DNA from: a virus
Direction: 5' to 3' (one strand)
Virus record (IMG/VR): IMGVR_UViG_3300036893_000049
Location: 21,260 to 85,259 of that record
DNA length: 64,000 bases
The position numbers and the translations under genes are program-made. Of this stretch, positions 40,733 to 48,166 are shown one piece after another (position 1 is the first letter of the stretch; each line of letters opens with the position of its first letter). The notes beneath the pieces are model-generated. The model was not told the origin of the DNA, did not search any database, and saw nothing but the letters and a program-made list of their open reading frames with translations.

Positions 40733-41145
40733 GACTTATCTCCAAACATCGCCGCGAACCGTTCTCGTAGAATTTGCTCGGCCTTAGCAGTCAGGATTTG
40801 TTCAATTGCGGGGTTCAATTCTTTCCACGTCTCATTGATACGTTCGAGGATCATCTTATTGATCGCACCATGCGTCACATCGTTGATGAACGCCGCCGCC
40901 ATCGCGGTCATGGTGTCCGCGAGCATCTTTTGATATTTGGTCGCGATGGTTTTTTTATACCAATCGTCTTGAATCATCTCGCTCTTGAGGAACGAATTAA
41001 TATGGGCTTCAACCGCCTCTCGTGTGGTGCGGCGCGCGATTTCCTGCGCTACCTGAGCCGCGCCAGTTCTGGCCAATTCAACCGTGGCTTCGGGGTCCAG
41101 TTCCAGCAATTTCGCGATTGCCGGTGCGCTCAGCAGCAGTTTCAT
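40729..41145 (-). CDS. helical hypothetical protein
   Basis: Overlap-coupled at both ends. Confidence 0.6.
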   Translation of the reverse strand: MKLLLSAPAIAKLLELDPEATVELARTGAAQVAQEIARRTTREAVEAHINSFLKSEMIQDDWYKKTIATKYQKMLADTMTAMAAAFINDVTHGAINKMILERINETWKELNPAIEQILTAKAEQILRERFAAMFGDKS

Positions 41146-41339
41146 AAAAAAGCACTCGCTCTCATGGCTTTCCGAACGGCATGGTCCCACGGTTCGGAAT
41201 TGTGTGGCAGCACGACGGCATACTCGCCGCCCTTCTTATCGACCCGGTAGCGGATCGCGATGTGATCGCCGGACGGCTCGTGGAGATACACGCTCAGTTC
41301 CCCGGCGCGGTCGAAAATGGTCAGTTGCGTGCCAGACAT
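41142..41339 (-). CDS. small hypothetical protein
   Basis: GGAGG RBS. Confidence 0.5.
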   Translation of the reverse strand: MSGTQLTIFDRAGELSVYLHEPSGDHIAIRYRVDKKGGEYAVVLPHNSEPWDHAVRKAMRASAFL

Positions 41340-41490
41340 CCCACCCTCCAAAATCCCCGCCCCGGCCAGCGCAGACGCGGGGTGTCTGTAGAGCCGGGAC
41401 TATTCCCCGTCGCTGGCCGGGGAGTGGTGGATACGACGATTGGGGTTGACAGATCAATGCACCCGATCTTTTGAAGCAACCGGACGGTTT

Positions 41491-41982
41491 TCATACCGCC
41501 CCCATCTTTCTCAAAAAATCCCGGGCGACCTCCGCGACCGGCAGCGGGTGAGTGGCCCCCTCCGCTACATCCGGCTTGCTCCGGTCCTTAGCCGTATGCT
41601 CGATCAGACCAAGTATCGATTGTTCCCGCAACGCTTCACGCAGTGCAGGTGGCGAAATGTCATTGGCCTTGGCGAGACCATTAGATATGGTACGAAATCC
41701 CCGCCGCGCCTGACTACGAATACGGGCACGAGCCGTTTGACCGATTTTGTGCAGATCGTCAGGAACGACGCGTTTATATCCAACACGGCGCACGGAAGCG
41801 AATACCGCGCCATTTTCTCGTTCAACGACAAAAATCGCGCGATAAAGAAGATACCGGCATACGTTAATGTTCCGGCCGATTGCCTTACTGAAATCGTCGA
41901 ATGTCAACGTTTCGCCAAAAGGACAAGCGGCGAGAAGGTCCGCGAGGATGCGGGTGTCCTGGTGTAACTCCATGACGATCAT
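41491..41982 (-). CDS. hypothetical protein with winged-helix-like N-terminus, downstream of array B
   Basis: AGGAG RBS at the end of array B; GETLTFDDFSKAIG...SVRRVGYKRV. Confidence 0.7.
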   Translation of the reverse strand: MIVMELHQDTRILADLLAACPFGETLTFDDFSKAIGRNINVCRYLLYRAIFVVERENGAVFASVRRVGYKRVVPDDLHKIGQTARARIRSQARRGFRTISNGLAKANDISPPALREALREQSILGLIEHTAKDRSKPDVAEGATHPLPVAEVARDFLRKMGAV

Positions 41983-41999
41983 GGGAAGGCTCCTGTATT

Positions 42000-42074
42000 G
42001 TGTCGTGCTGTGCGGTGGTGTGGCGTGACGTGTCGTGCGGTGCCGTGGTGTGGAGTGGTGTGCTGTGGTGTGAT
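42000..42074 (-). repeat. array B: 15 units of invariant CAC plus variable NN (GTG-NN on +)
   Basis: + strand NN series: TC CT CG GT GC AC TC CG CC GT GA GT CT GT AT; GTG intact in all 15 units. Confidence 0.95.
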
Positions 42075-42080
42075 GATTTT

Positions 42081-42122
42081 GGCAGTCCCAACAGAAGCGA
42101 GAACGATTCCGTTGGGATTGCC
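42081..42122 (-). other. long hairpin 5' of array B
   Basis: GGCAATCCCAACGGAATCG-TTCT-CGCTTCTGTTGGGACTGCC. Confidence 0.8.
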
Positions 42123-42128
42123 GATGAT

Positions 42129-42143
42129 GTGCCGTGGCGTGGT
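42129..42143 (-). repeat. mini-array of 3 GTG-NN units right after the Cas7-like stop codon
   Basis: GTGCC GTGGC GTGGT. Confidence 0.7.
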
Positions 42144-42144
42144 A

Positions 42145-42738
42145 TCATGCAACCATCTGGCGATTATCCTGCCAGACCAGTTTATCCAGAACGAAGCGGC
42201 CATTGTGACCGCCATTTTGTGGCCGGAACTGGCCGATTCCAATAAAGAGGCCAGCAAGTTCCACCATGTCCCGGAAAACGGGCTCGACGATGATCGGGTC
42301 CAGGATGATGATTTCGAATGTCGATGACCATTCCCGAACCACGGGAAAGCGGCGCACGACTCGTTTGCCTGAACCCCGGACACCATCGGCGTTGGCTGAG
42401 ATCGTAACCATCATCGCCTCTGAGGGATCGATATTCAGGATTGGTGCGGCGGGGATCATCACGCCGCTGGTGAACTTGGCGGACCATGTGGCCTTCCCCT
42501 GGCCCGGGATTTGGATTTTTGAATATTTCGCCGCCGCGATCAGGCATTGGTGAAAACCGTGCGGTGGAATAATGATGGTTTTTTTGCCGTCGTGTTCCTC
42601 GATGGACAATTTGCTACGCCATGTCCTGGCGTCATAGGCATCTGGCGACTCGCCTTCGAGCCGCGGGTCATTGTGTTGCCGGGACTGACTGTACGGCGCG
42701 GTGCCACGGAGGGTCAGTTGAGCGATGGTGTATTGCAT
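42145..42738 (-). CDS. stand-alone Cas7/RAMP-like RNA-binding protein
   Basis: N-terminal strand QLTLRGTAPY; IIIPPHGFHQCLIAAA resembling the RAMP IPxxxxKG helix; C-terminal G-rich loop AGLFIGIGQFRPQNGGHNGRF; no other cas genes in the window. Confidence 0.75.
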   Translation of the reverse strand: MQYTIAQLTLRGTAPYSQSRQHNDPRLEGESPDAYDARTWRSKLSIEEHDGKKTIIIPPHGFHQCLIAAAKYSKIQIPGQGKATWSAKFTSGVMIPAAPILNIDPSEAMMVTISANADGVRGSGKRVVRRFPVVREWSSTFEIIILDPIIVEPVFRDMVELAGLFIGIGQFRPQNGGHNGRFVLDKLVWQDNRQMVA

Positions 42739-42755
42739 GGAAGGTTCCTTGGCTG

Positions 42756-42860
42756 GTGAAGTGATGTGTCGTGGAGTGGCGTGATGTGTCGTGGAGTGGC
42801 GTGGTGTGGCGTGGAGTGGCGTGGAGTGGCGTGGCGTGATGTGATGTGCGGCGCGGTGGC
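42756..42860 (-). repeat. array A: 21 units of invariant CAC plus variable NN (GTG-NN on +)
   Basis: + strand NN series: AA AT TC GA GC AT TC GA GC GT GC GA GC GA GC GC AT AT CG CG GC; one GCG variant at 42851. Confidence 0.95.
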
Positions 42861-42872
42861 CTCGCGGCCAGT

Positions 42873-42926
42873 TTCGTGATTACACGAATTGCCGGTTGAC
42901 TGTCAACCCATGATTACGGTAATCAT
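42873..42926. promoter_or_regulatory. divergent promoter/operator with three palindromes
   Basis: TTCGTG-ATTA-CACGAA; GGTTGAC-T-GTCAACC (TTGACA on -, TTGACT on +); ATGATTAC-G-GTAATCAT. Confidence 0.7.
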
Positions 42927-42931
42927 CGCCC

Positions 42932-43153
42932 ATGAGCCGAGAAATCTTGCTTCCCGAAGTTATCACCGTTCGGTTGCCAGCGGGCACACTTACCGCCCTG
43001 GATGCCTTATGTAAGACGGCTGAGCGGCGCGCGGATGTCGCTCGGGCGATTCTGGTGGGGGGAGTGGCGGAATCTCCCGCCCCTGACGCCGCCGGTTCCC
43101 GCTATCGACCCCGCCGGGCCGGGGCAACCACAGGGACCACGCCCCATGACTGA
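42932..43153 (+). CDS. ribbon-helix-helix regulator, probably leaderless
   Basis: VITVRLPAGTLTALDAL...RADVARAIL. Confidence 0.7.
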   Translation: MSREILLPEVITVRLPAGTLTALDALCKTAERRADVARAILVGGVAESPAPDAAGSRYRPRRAGATTGTTPHD

Positions 43154-43348
43154 CTCCCCGCCCCCCGTCGAGAGCGTCTGGCCCGACCATCTGACCTTAT
43201 GGTTTGGCCCCCGGCCCGACTCTGAGGATGGACGCGTCGAAGAGCCCGTAGAGCCGGATCGTGAGCCGGAACCCCGCCCAGACCGCGACGAGGATGGGCA
43301 TGTCGCGATGTGGACGCGGGAGCCGCAAGTCGAGCGGGGGGATGCGCC

Positions 43349-43762
43349 GTGACCAGTATCTGGGGCAAACAGGAAAAACAGTTCAGATTGCACCGGGCAC
43401 AGAACGGCCTTTGCGCGCTGTGCGGAGATGACCTGAAACTGGCCGAGGCGACTTTCGATCACATCATCCCGAAGTCGAAACACGGGCCTTCAACGATTGA
43501 TAACCTTCAACTGGCACATAGATCGTGCAACAACAAGAAGGGCGATAAGATTGTCGCGCCGCTCCAACTATCGGGGAAAATTCGCAAGCGCGTGTTGCAC
43601 GCGCTGGTGATGGAGCGGCTTTGCCGTCGAGACATTGACGAACGAAAGGGAAATTATATAGTTGATTCCCTTCGGCAATCTGGTAATATTGCCGGATCGG
43701 GTGGCGCTACCAACGCCAGTCCCGATCCTGACCTCGACGGAAGGTTACTCCGCGTTGGCTGA
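43349..43762 (+). CDS. HNH endonuclease; C-terminus altered by the insertion at 43649
   Basis: CALCG...TFDHIIPKSKHG...DNLQLAHRSCNNKKG. Confidence 0.9.
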   Translation: MTSIWGKQEKQFRLHRAQNGLCALCGDDLKLAEATFDHIIPKSKHGPSTIDNLQLAHRSCNNKKGDKIVAPLQLSGKIRKRVLHALVMERLCRRDIDERKGNYIVDSLRQSGNIAGSGGATNASPDPDLDGRLLRVG

Positions 43763-44942
43763 CCCTATCGTAGCGACTCAGATGCTCACATGGAAGTGTC
43801 GTTTGCTCCCAAGCAAAGGCCAGCATGACAAATTGCGCGCTGCACTAAGCCATACCCGCGACCTCTACAATGCCGCCTTGGCTGAGCGCATCGACTGTTA
43901 CCGGAAAACCGGCAAAGGGCGCTCTTTTTTCGACCAGGCTAAGGGCCTTACCGAACTCCGCGCCGATCCGGGCTGGGCAACCTATTCTGTCGCCATGCAA
44001 CGCTGGCCGCTGAAACAAGTCGATCTTGCCTTCGCCGCCTTCTTTCGACGCATCAAGGCGCGGGACGGAAAAGCCGGATTTCCGCGATTTCGGGGCCGCG
44101 AATGGTTCAAGACGTTCGGTTTTTCGGATCGCGGCGGCTGGCGCGTGGACGGCAACCGGCTGCGGCTGAAGGGCATAGGGTCTGTTCGTATTCACCTCCA
44201 TCGCCCCCTCCCTTCTGTGCCAATCGCCTGTAAGGTGAAACGCGAGGGCCGGAATTGGTATGCGCTGCTGACCGTCGAGACGCCTTGCGCGGCCTTCCAC
44301 CCCGGCCCGGCTGTCGGAATCGACATGGGCATCACGACCATGGCGGCGCTTTCGACCGGCGAACTGATCGCCAACGCACGCCCAGTCAAGCGGGCTGAGA
44401 GAGAAATGCGGAGACGCCAGAGACAGATCGCGCGATGCAAGAGAGGATCGAATCGTCGCCGCGAGGTCAAGGCGCGGGTGGCATCGCTGCACGCCAAGAT
44501 CACCCGGACGCGCGAAACGCATCTGCATCAGGTGTCGGCATCGCTCACGGCCCGGTTCGGCACGATTGCCATCGAGAAGTTGAACGTCAAGGGCCTGGCT
44601 GGCGGAATGCTCGCCAAGCAGGTCAATGACGTTGCATGGGGTCGCTTCATAGGTATGCTGCGCTATAAGGCTGCAAGGGCCGGTGGCACAGTGATTGAGG
44701 TTGATCCTCGCGGAACAAGTCAGACCTGCCCTGAGTGCGGCGTCATCAAGAAAAAGGAACTCTCGCAACGCGTCCACCGATGCGATTGCGGCTGTATCCT
44801 TGATCGCGATGTCGCCGCTGCGAAGGTCATTCTAATCCGGGCCGGGAATGGTCCGGGAGGCCGCAACGCTGGTGCTACAAGGCGTGGTCTCGAAAAGATA
44901 TGCGAGGCTGCCTGATGTCAGGTAGTCAAGTATATAATTCCC
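43649..44942 (+). mobile_element. non-autonomous element with IS1595-type ends carrying only tnpB
   Basis: 17-bp TIRs GGAAATTATATAGTTGA / GGGAATTATATACTTGA (15/17 identical); AACGAAAG duplicated at 43641-43648 and 44943-44950. Confidence 0.85.
43755..44915 (+). CDS. tnpB: TnpB RNA-guided endonuclease (copy 2); TTG start inferred
   Basis: LYNAALAER, GFPRFR, GIDMG, IAIEKL, TSQTCPECG, CDCG, DRDVAAA. Confidence 0.95.
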   Translation: MADPIVATQMLTWKCRLLPSKGQHDKLRAALSHTRDLYNAALAERIDCYRKTGKGRSFFDQAKGLTELRADPGWATYSVAMQRWPLKQVDLAFAAFFRRIKARDGKAGFPRFRGREWFKTFGFSDRGGWRVDGNRLRLKGIGSVRIHLHRPLPSVPIACKVKREGRNWYALLTVETPCAAFHPGPAVGIDMGITTMAALSTGELIANARPVKRAEREMRRRQRQIARCKRGSNRRREVKARVASLHAKITRTRETHLHQVSASLTARFGTIAIEKLNVKGLAGGMLAKQVNDVAWGRFIGMLRYKAARAGGTVIEVDPRGTSQTCPECGVIKKKELSQRVHRCDCGCILDRDVAAAKVILIRAGNGPGGRNAGATRRGLEKICEAA

Positions 44943-44958
44943 AACGAAAGGAAACACC

Positions 44959-45252
44959 GTGAGCCAGACCACAATCCAGCCCCCCACACCCGCCCCCGTG
45001 CAACCTCCGGGCCTGTTTCAGTGGGTCAGGAGCCGCTTGTCCGAGGCCAGCACATGGGGCGGCATCAGCGCCTTCGCGGCGGCCATGGTGACGCAGGTCC
45101 CGGCCAGCGTGCAGCCTTATATGCTGGGGCTGTCTGGTGCCGCGGCGGCGCTGGCCGTCGTGATCGCGGAAAAGGGCAGCAGCCGGACGCCGGCACAGAT
45201 CGCGGCCGATGCGCTCGCGGCGGCGCAAGAGGCGGATAGGTTGAGGTCGTGA
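44959..45252 (+). CDS. holin-like two-TM protein
   Basis: RLSEASTWGG motif; two hydrophobic segments; upstream of the putative endolysin. Confidence 0.65.
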   Translation: MSQTTIQPPTPAPVQPPGLFQWVRSRLSEASTWGGISAFAAAMVTQVPASVQPYMLGLSGAAAALAVVIAEKGSSRTPAQIAADALAAAQEADRLRS

Positions 45253-45361
45253 ACATCGCAAAGTTCCTTGACGGCATCAAAAAAGACGAAAAATGGGAAA
45301 CCTACGCAGATGCTGGGTATCGCGTCCGGAAGGTGCGGATTGACGATAGGGGGGACGCGTA

Positions 45362-45655
45362 ATGATCTTTGGCACAACCATGACCGGGCGCGATCCAAAA
45401 TATCGGCATCGCAAGTCGTTCCTTCCGATGCAACACATCAAGGAATCTCAGTTGCTGAACCGGTTGGACAGCCACTATATCTTACGATTCCGCATGGATG
45501 GTGGAGGTGGGATGGGTCGCGGCGTCTGGCGAAACGGACATCAGATGCGGTGGTATTGGCGGATTGCCATGGGCGGTCGTACGCCCGCTTACCGGCCACC
45601 GGACCCACCGATGGAAGCGCCTGAATGGTTTGAGCCCGAAAGGATGGCCGCGTGA
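45362..45655 (+). CDS. hypothetical protein
   Basis: GGGGG upstream; in operon. Confidence 0.45.
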   Translation: MIFGTTMTGRDPKYRHRKSFLPMQHIKESQLLNRLDSHYILRFRMDGGGGMGRGVWRNGHQMRWYWRIAMGGRTPAYRPPDPPMEAPEWFEPERMAA

Positions 45656-45807
45656 TCCTCCTCGCTACACTCGCCGTCATCGGCACCCTCGCCAAGGAAT
45701 TGACCATGGATAGCCGCGAAATCGAACCTGGTGATGCCATCGCCAACGACAATAATACGCCGCCAATTACCACGGTCACTCCAACTGATCTGGCGGGGGA
45801 AGGGTAA

Positions 45808-46140
45808 ATGGCCACACTAAAATTAGTTGATCGGGCAGGCAATATCATGGGCGCAATCGTTATCCCGGATGCGAAAGTTGCGCGCTTCGCCCAAGATCAA
45901 CGTCTGACCATACAATATGTTGATGCGCTGCCTGTATCATCATACCCACCGCATAATATGGAAAATGTAGATTCGCACATCCACATCATAACCATCGTCC
46001 CGGCACACACCCGGAGTGATGCGGTGATGTTGGCGGAAGGCGCGCTCTATGATCTTGAGAAGGTCGAGGGGTGCTTCTTCATTCCTGGCTATGCGTTCAG
46101 TATACCGCGAACGTGCTTTTATGGAGGGAATCTGACATGA
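45808..46140 (+). CDS. hypothetical protein
   Basis: GAAGGG RBS; ATGA-coupled to the next gene. Confidence 0.55.
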   Translation: MATLKLVDRAGNIMGAIVIPDAKVARFAQDQRLTIQYVDALPVSSYPPHNMENVDSHIHIITIVPAHTRSDAVMLAEGALYDLEKVEGCFFIPGYAFSIPRTCFYGGNLT

Positions 46141-46664
46141 ACGCCACCGACTTCCTGACCACCATCGTCCGTCCATCCCTCGCCTGGATGGAATCGGTCC
46201 TTGGCTCTACGCCGCTGCTGACCGACGCGAACCGGACGCAGGTCGAGGTTATGCTGACGGCAATCGCCGGGCAGGAGAGTGCGTGGACCTATCGGGTGCA
46301 GGCCAACGACGGCCCGGCACATTCTTACTGGCAAGACGAGGATGGCCGTCACGAGGCCCTGGATGGCGTCCTGACAGGCGCGGCGACGAGTGCATGGGCC
46401 ACGAAACTCTGCGCGGCGGCAAAGGTCGCGCCGAACCGGATAGCGGTCTGGGAGTTGTTCGCGACGCCAGCGGGTGATGGCCTCGCTTGCGCGGTTGCGC
46501 GGTTGTTGCTGTGGACGCATGCCGGGGCACTGCCAGCGGTTCATGACGAAAGCGGCGCGTACCAGTATTATCTCGATCTCTGGGAACCGGGTGCCCCATC
46601 CCGGGGGCGCTGGGCCGAGGTCTATCCGCAGGCGGTCGCGGCGGTGACGGGAGGGGCGACGTGA
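46137..46664 (+). CDS. putative endolysin, lysozyme-like fold
   Basis: MLTAIAGQES...GPAHSYWQ...AVARLLL...WEPG. Confidence 0.65.
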   Translation: MNATDFLTTIVRPSLAWMESVLGSTPLLTDANRTQVEVMLTAIAGQESAWTYRVQANDGPAHSYWQDEDGRHEALDGVLTGAATSAWATKLCAAAKVAPNRIAVWELFATPAGDGLACAVARLLLWTHAGALPAVHDESGAYQYYLDLWEPGAPSRGRWAEVYPQAVAAVTGGAT

Positions 46665-47056
46665 ACGAAATCCATTACGCGCTCGGCGCGGCGACCGAGG
46701 CCGATGAGGTCCGCCGCGAAATGGCGGCGGGGATGACGCGGCTTACGCAGACGATCCTCGATCTGCGAGCGGAAAATCAGACTGCCACCGCGGAAAACTT
46801 ACGTCTCGCCGAACATCTCGCCTATGCGACAATCGAAGCGCGCGGTGCCAACGAACGGAGCGCCCGGCTCGATGTGGAGAATGTCGCACTGAAATCCTTT
46901 CTTGAGGCCATTTGCTCGCAGTGGGTTGCGGCGGTAACGGAACTCATGCTCTTCAAAGCGTCGAACGTGCAGCCCTTGGATACGCCGGTCGAACCGAAGT
47001 CGTGGCCGTTTCAGGATCACAGGCGCGATCCGCGTGTCATGGGGAACCCGAGGTGA
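46661..47056 (+). CDS. coiled-coil hypothetical protein
   Basis: GGAGG RBS; GTGA-coupled. Confidence 0.55.
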   Translation: MNEIHYALGAATEADEVRREMAAGMTRLTQTILDLRAENQTATAENLRLAEHLAYATIEARGANERSARLDVENVALKSFLEAICSQWVAAVTELMLFKASNVQPLDTPVEPKSWPFQDHRRDPRVMGNPR

Positions 47057-47529
47057 ACCGCGGTAACGGATTCTTGGTAGTCCTCATCCTCGCGGCCACC
47101 TTGACCGCCGCACCCGCATGGCACCCCAAAGATGTAGCAGCCCCGCCCGAAACGGTCTGCTGCTACATCGACGAGCCGCGCGATTGCTGGCTGCCTCGCG
47201 AAGACCATGAATGTCATGTGGAGGATGCGCCGAAATGAACCCGCTCCACCTCCACGTCGTCGCGGCGGTCTGCATAACTATAGGGGTTATGTTTGTCATG
47301 ATGCTGGTGTCCGGCTGCACGCCGCCGGTTTGCGAATATGCTTGGCCTACAGTGCGATGTCTGGAGGTGGGGCGGTGATGAAACAGACCGAAACCGAATG
47401 CGAACATATGAACCTCAGGTCGTTCGCGAGTGTGGAAACTTCAACACGAAGGTCGTCGATCGAACCAGCCTACACAACTGAAATTCTGAGCCATCCTATC
47501 GTGGTTGGCTAGGCGTAAGGAAACTCGAA

Positions 47530-47835
47530 ATGAACGAACCCACGAGCGGACTGGCGCGATTCCAGTCGATCAAACAGGTGAGCGCGGGAGAAATCACCGA
47601 AGTTGTCGAATACGGTTGCTACGTCAAAGATGCTGACGGAACCGCGACTCTTCGCGAATACGCGCCGAACATGAATGCCCGATACACGCCTGTCGTTGGC
47701 GATTTCTGGATCGTATATGACGGTGACGGCTATCAGTCGATCAGCCCCGCCAAGCAGTTCGAGGAAGGCTACAAGGCCGTCGAACCTGATTTTGATTGGG
47801 CGGCGTTTAATGCGTTACGGAAAGCGTCACCATGA
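47530..47835 (+). CDS. hypothetical phage protein
   Basis: PVVGDFWIVY.DGYQSISP..FEEGY motif; AAGGA RBS. Confidence 0.7.
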   Translation: MNEPTSGLARFQSIKQVSAGEITEVVEYGCYVKDADGTATLREYAPNMNARYTPVVGDFWIVYDGDGYQSISPAKQFEEGYKAVEPDFDWAAFNALRKASP

Positions 47836-48166
47836 TCGCCATTCTCTCCGTCGAATGGGTCGATCATGGCCACGAGCCTCAGTGCGTGCCGAATCCGGAC
47901 TATCCGCAAGGAATCGACGTGAATGTTTCCATGGGCGCGAAACACTCGTGCATGACGGCGGAAGCGCCGGGCAACGAAGATTGCAAAGGAGAAATTGAAA
48001 TGAGCGACACATCAGATGATGCTAAGATATTCGTCATCACATTGAATTTCATCACCCGACAGGAACGAGACCGAGCGGCGAAATTGATCAACGCCGCATT
48101 AGACGGTGGTAATGTCCACCATAGCGGTCTCTGTATGCTTGAAGAAGGTGACGACGGAGCCCAACC

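Noticed and set aside
41979-42386. His/Thr- or Cys/Val/Trp-rich ORFs spanning array B
   Set aside because: Low-complexity translations of the repeat that overlap the better-supported Cas7-like gene.
42000-42860. Calling the arrays a CRISPR array or an ordinary microsatellite
   Set aside because: No 25-40-bp repeats with spacers; variation is confined to two fixed positions of a 5-nt period and the arrays flank one specific gene.
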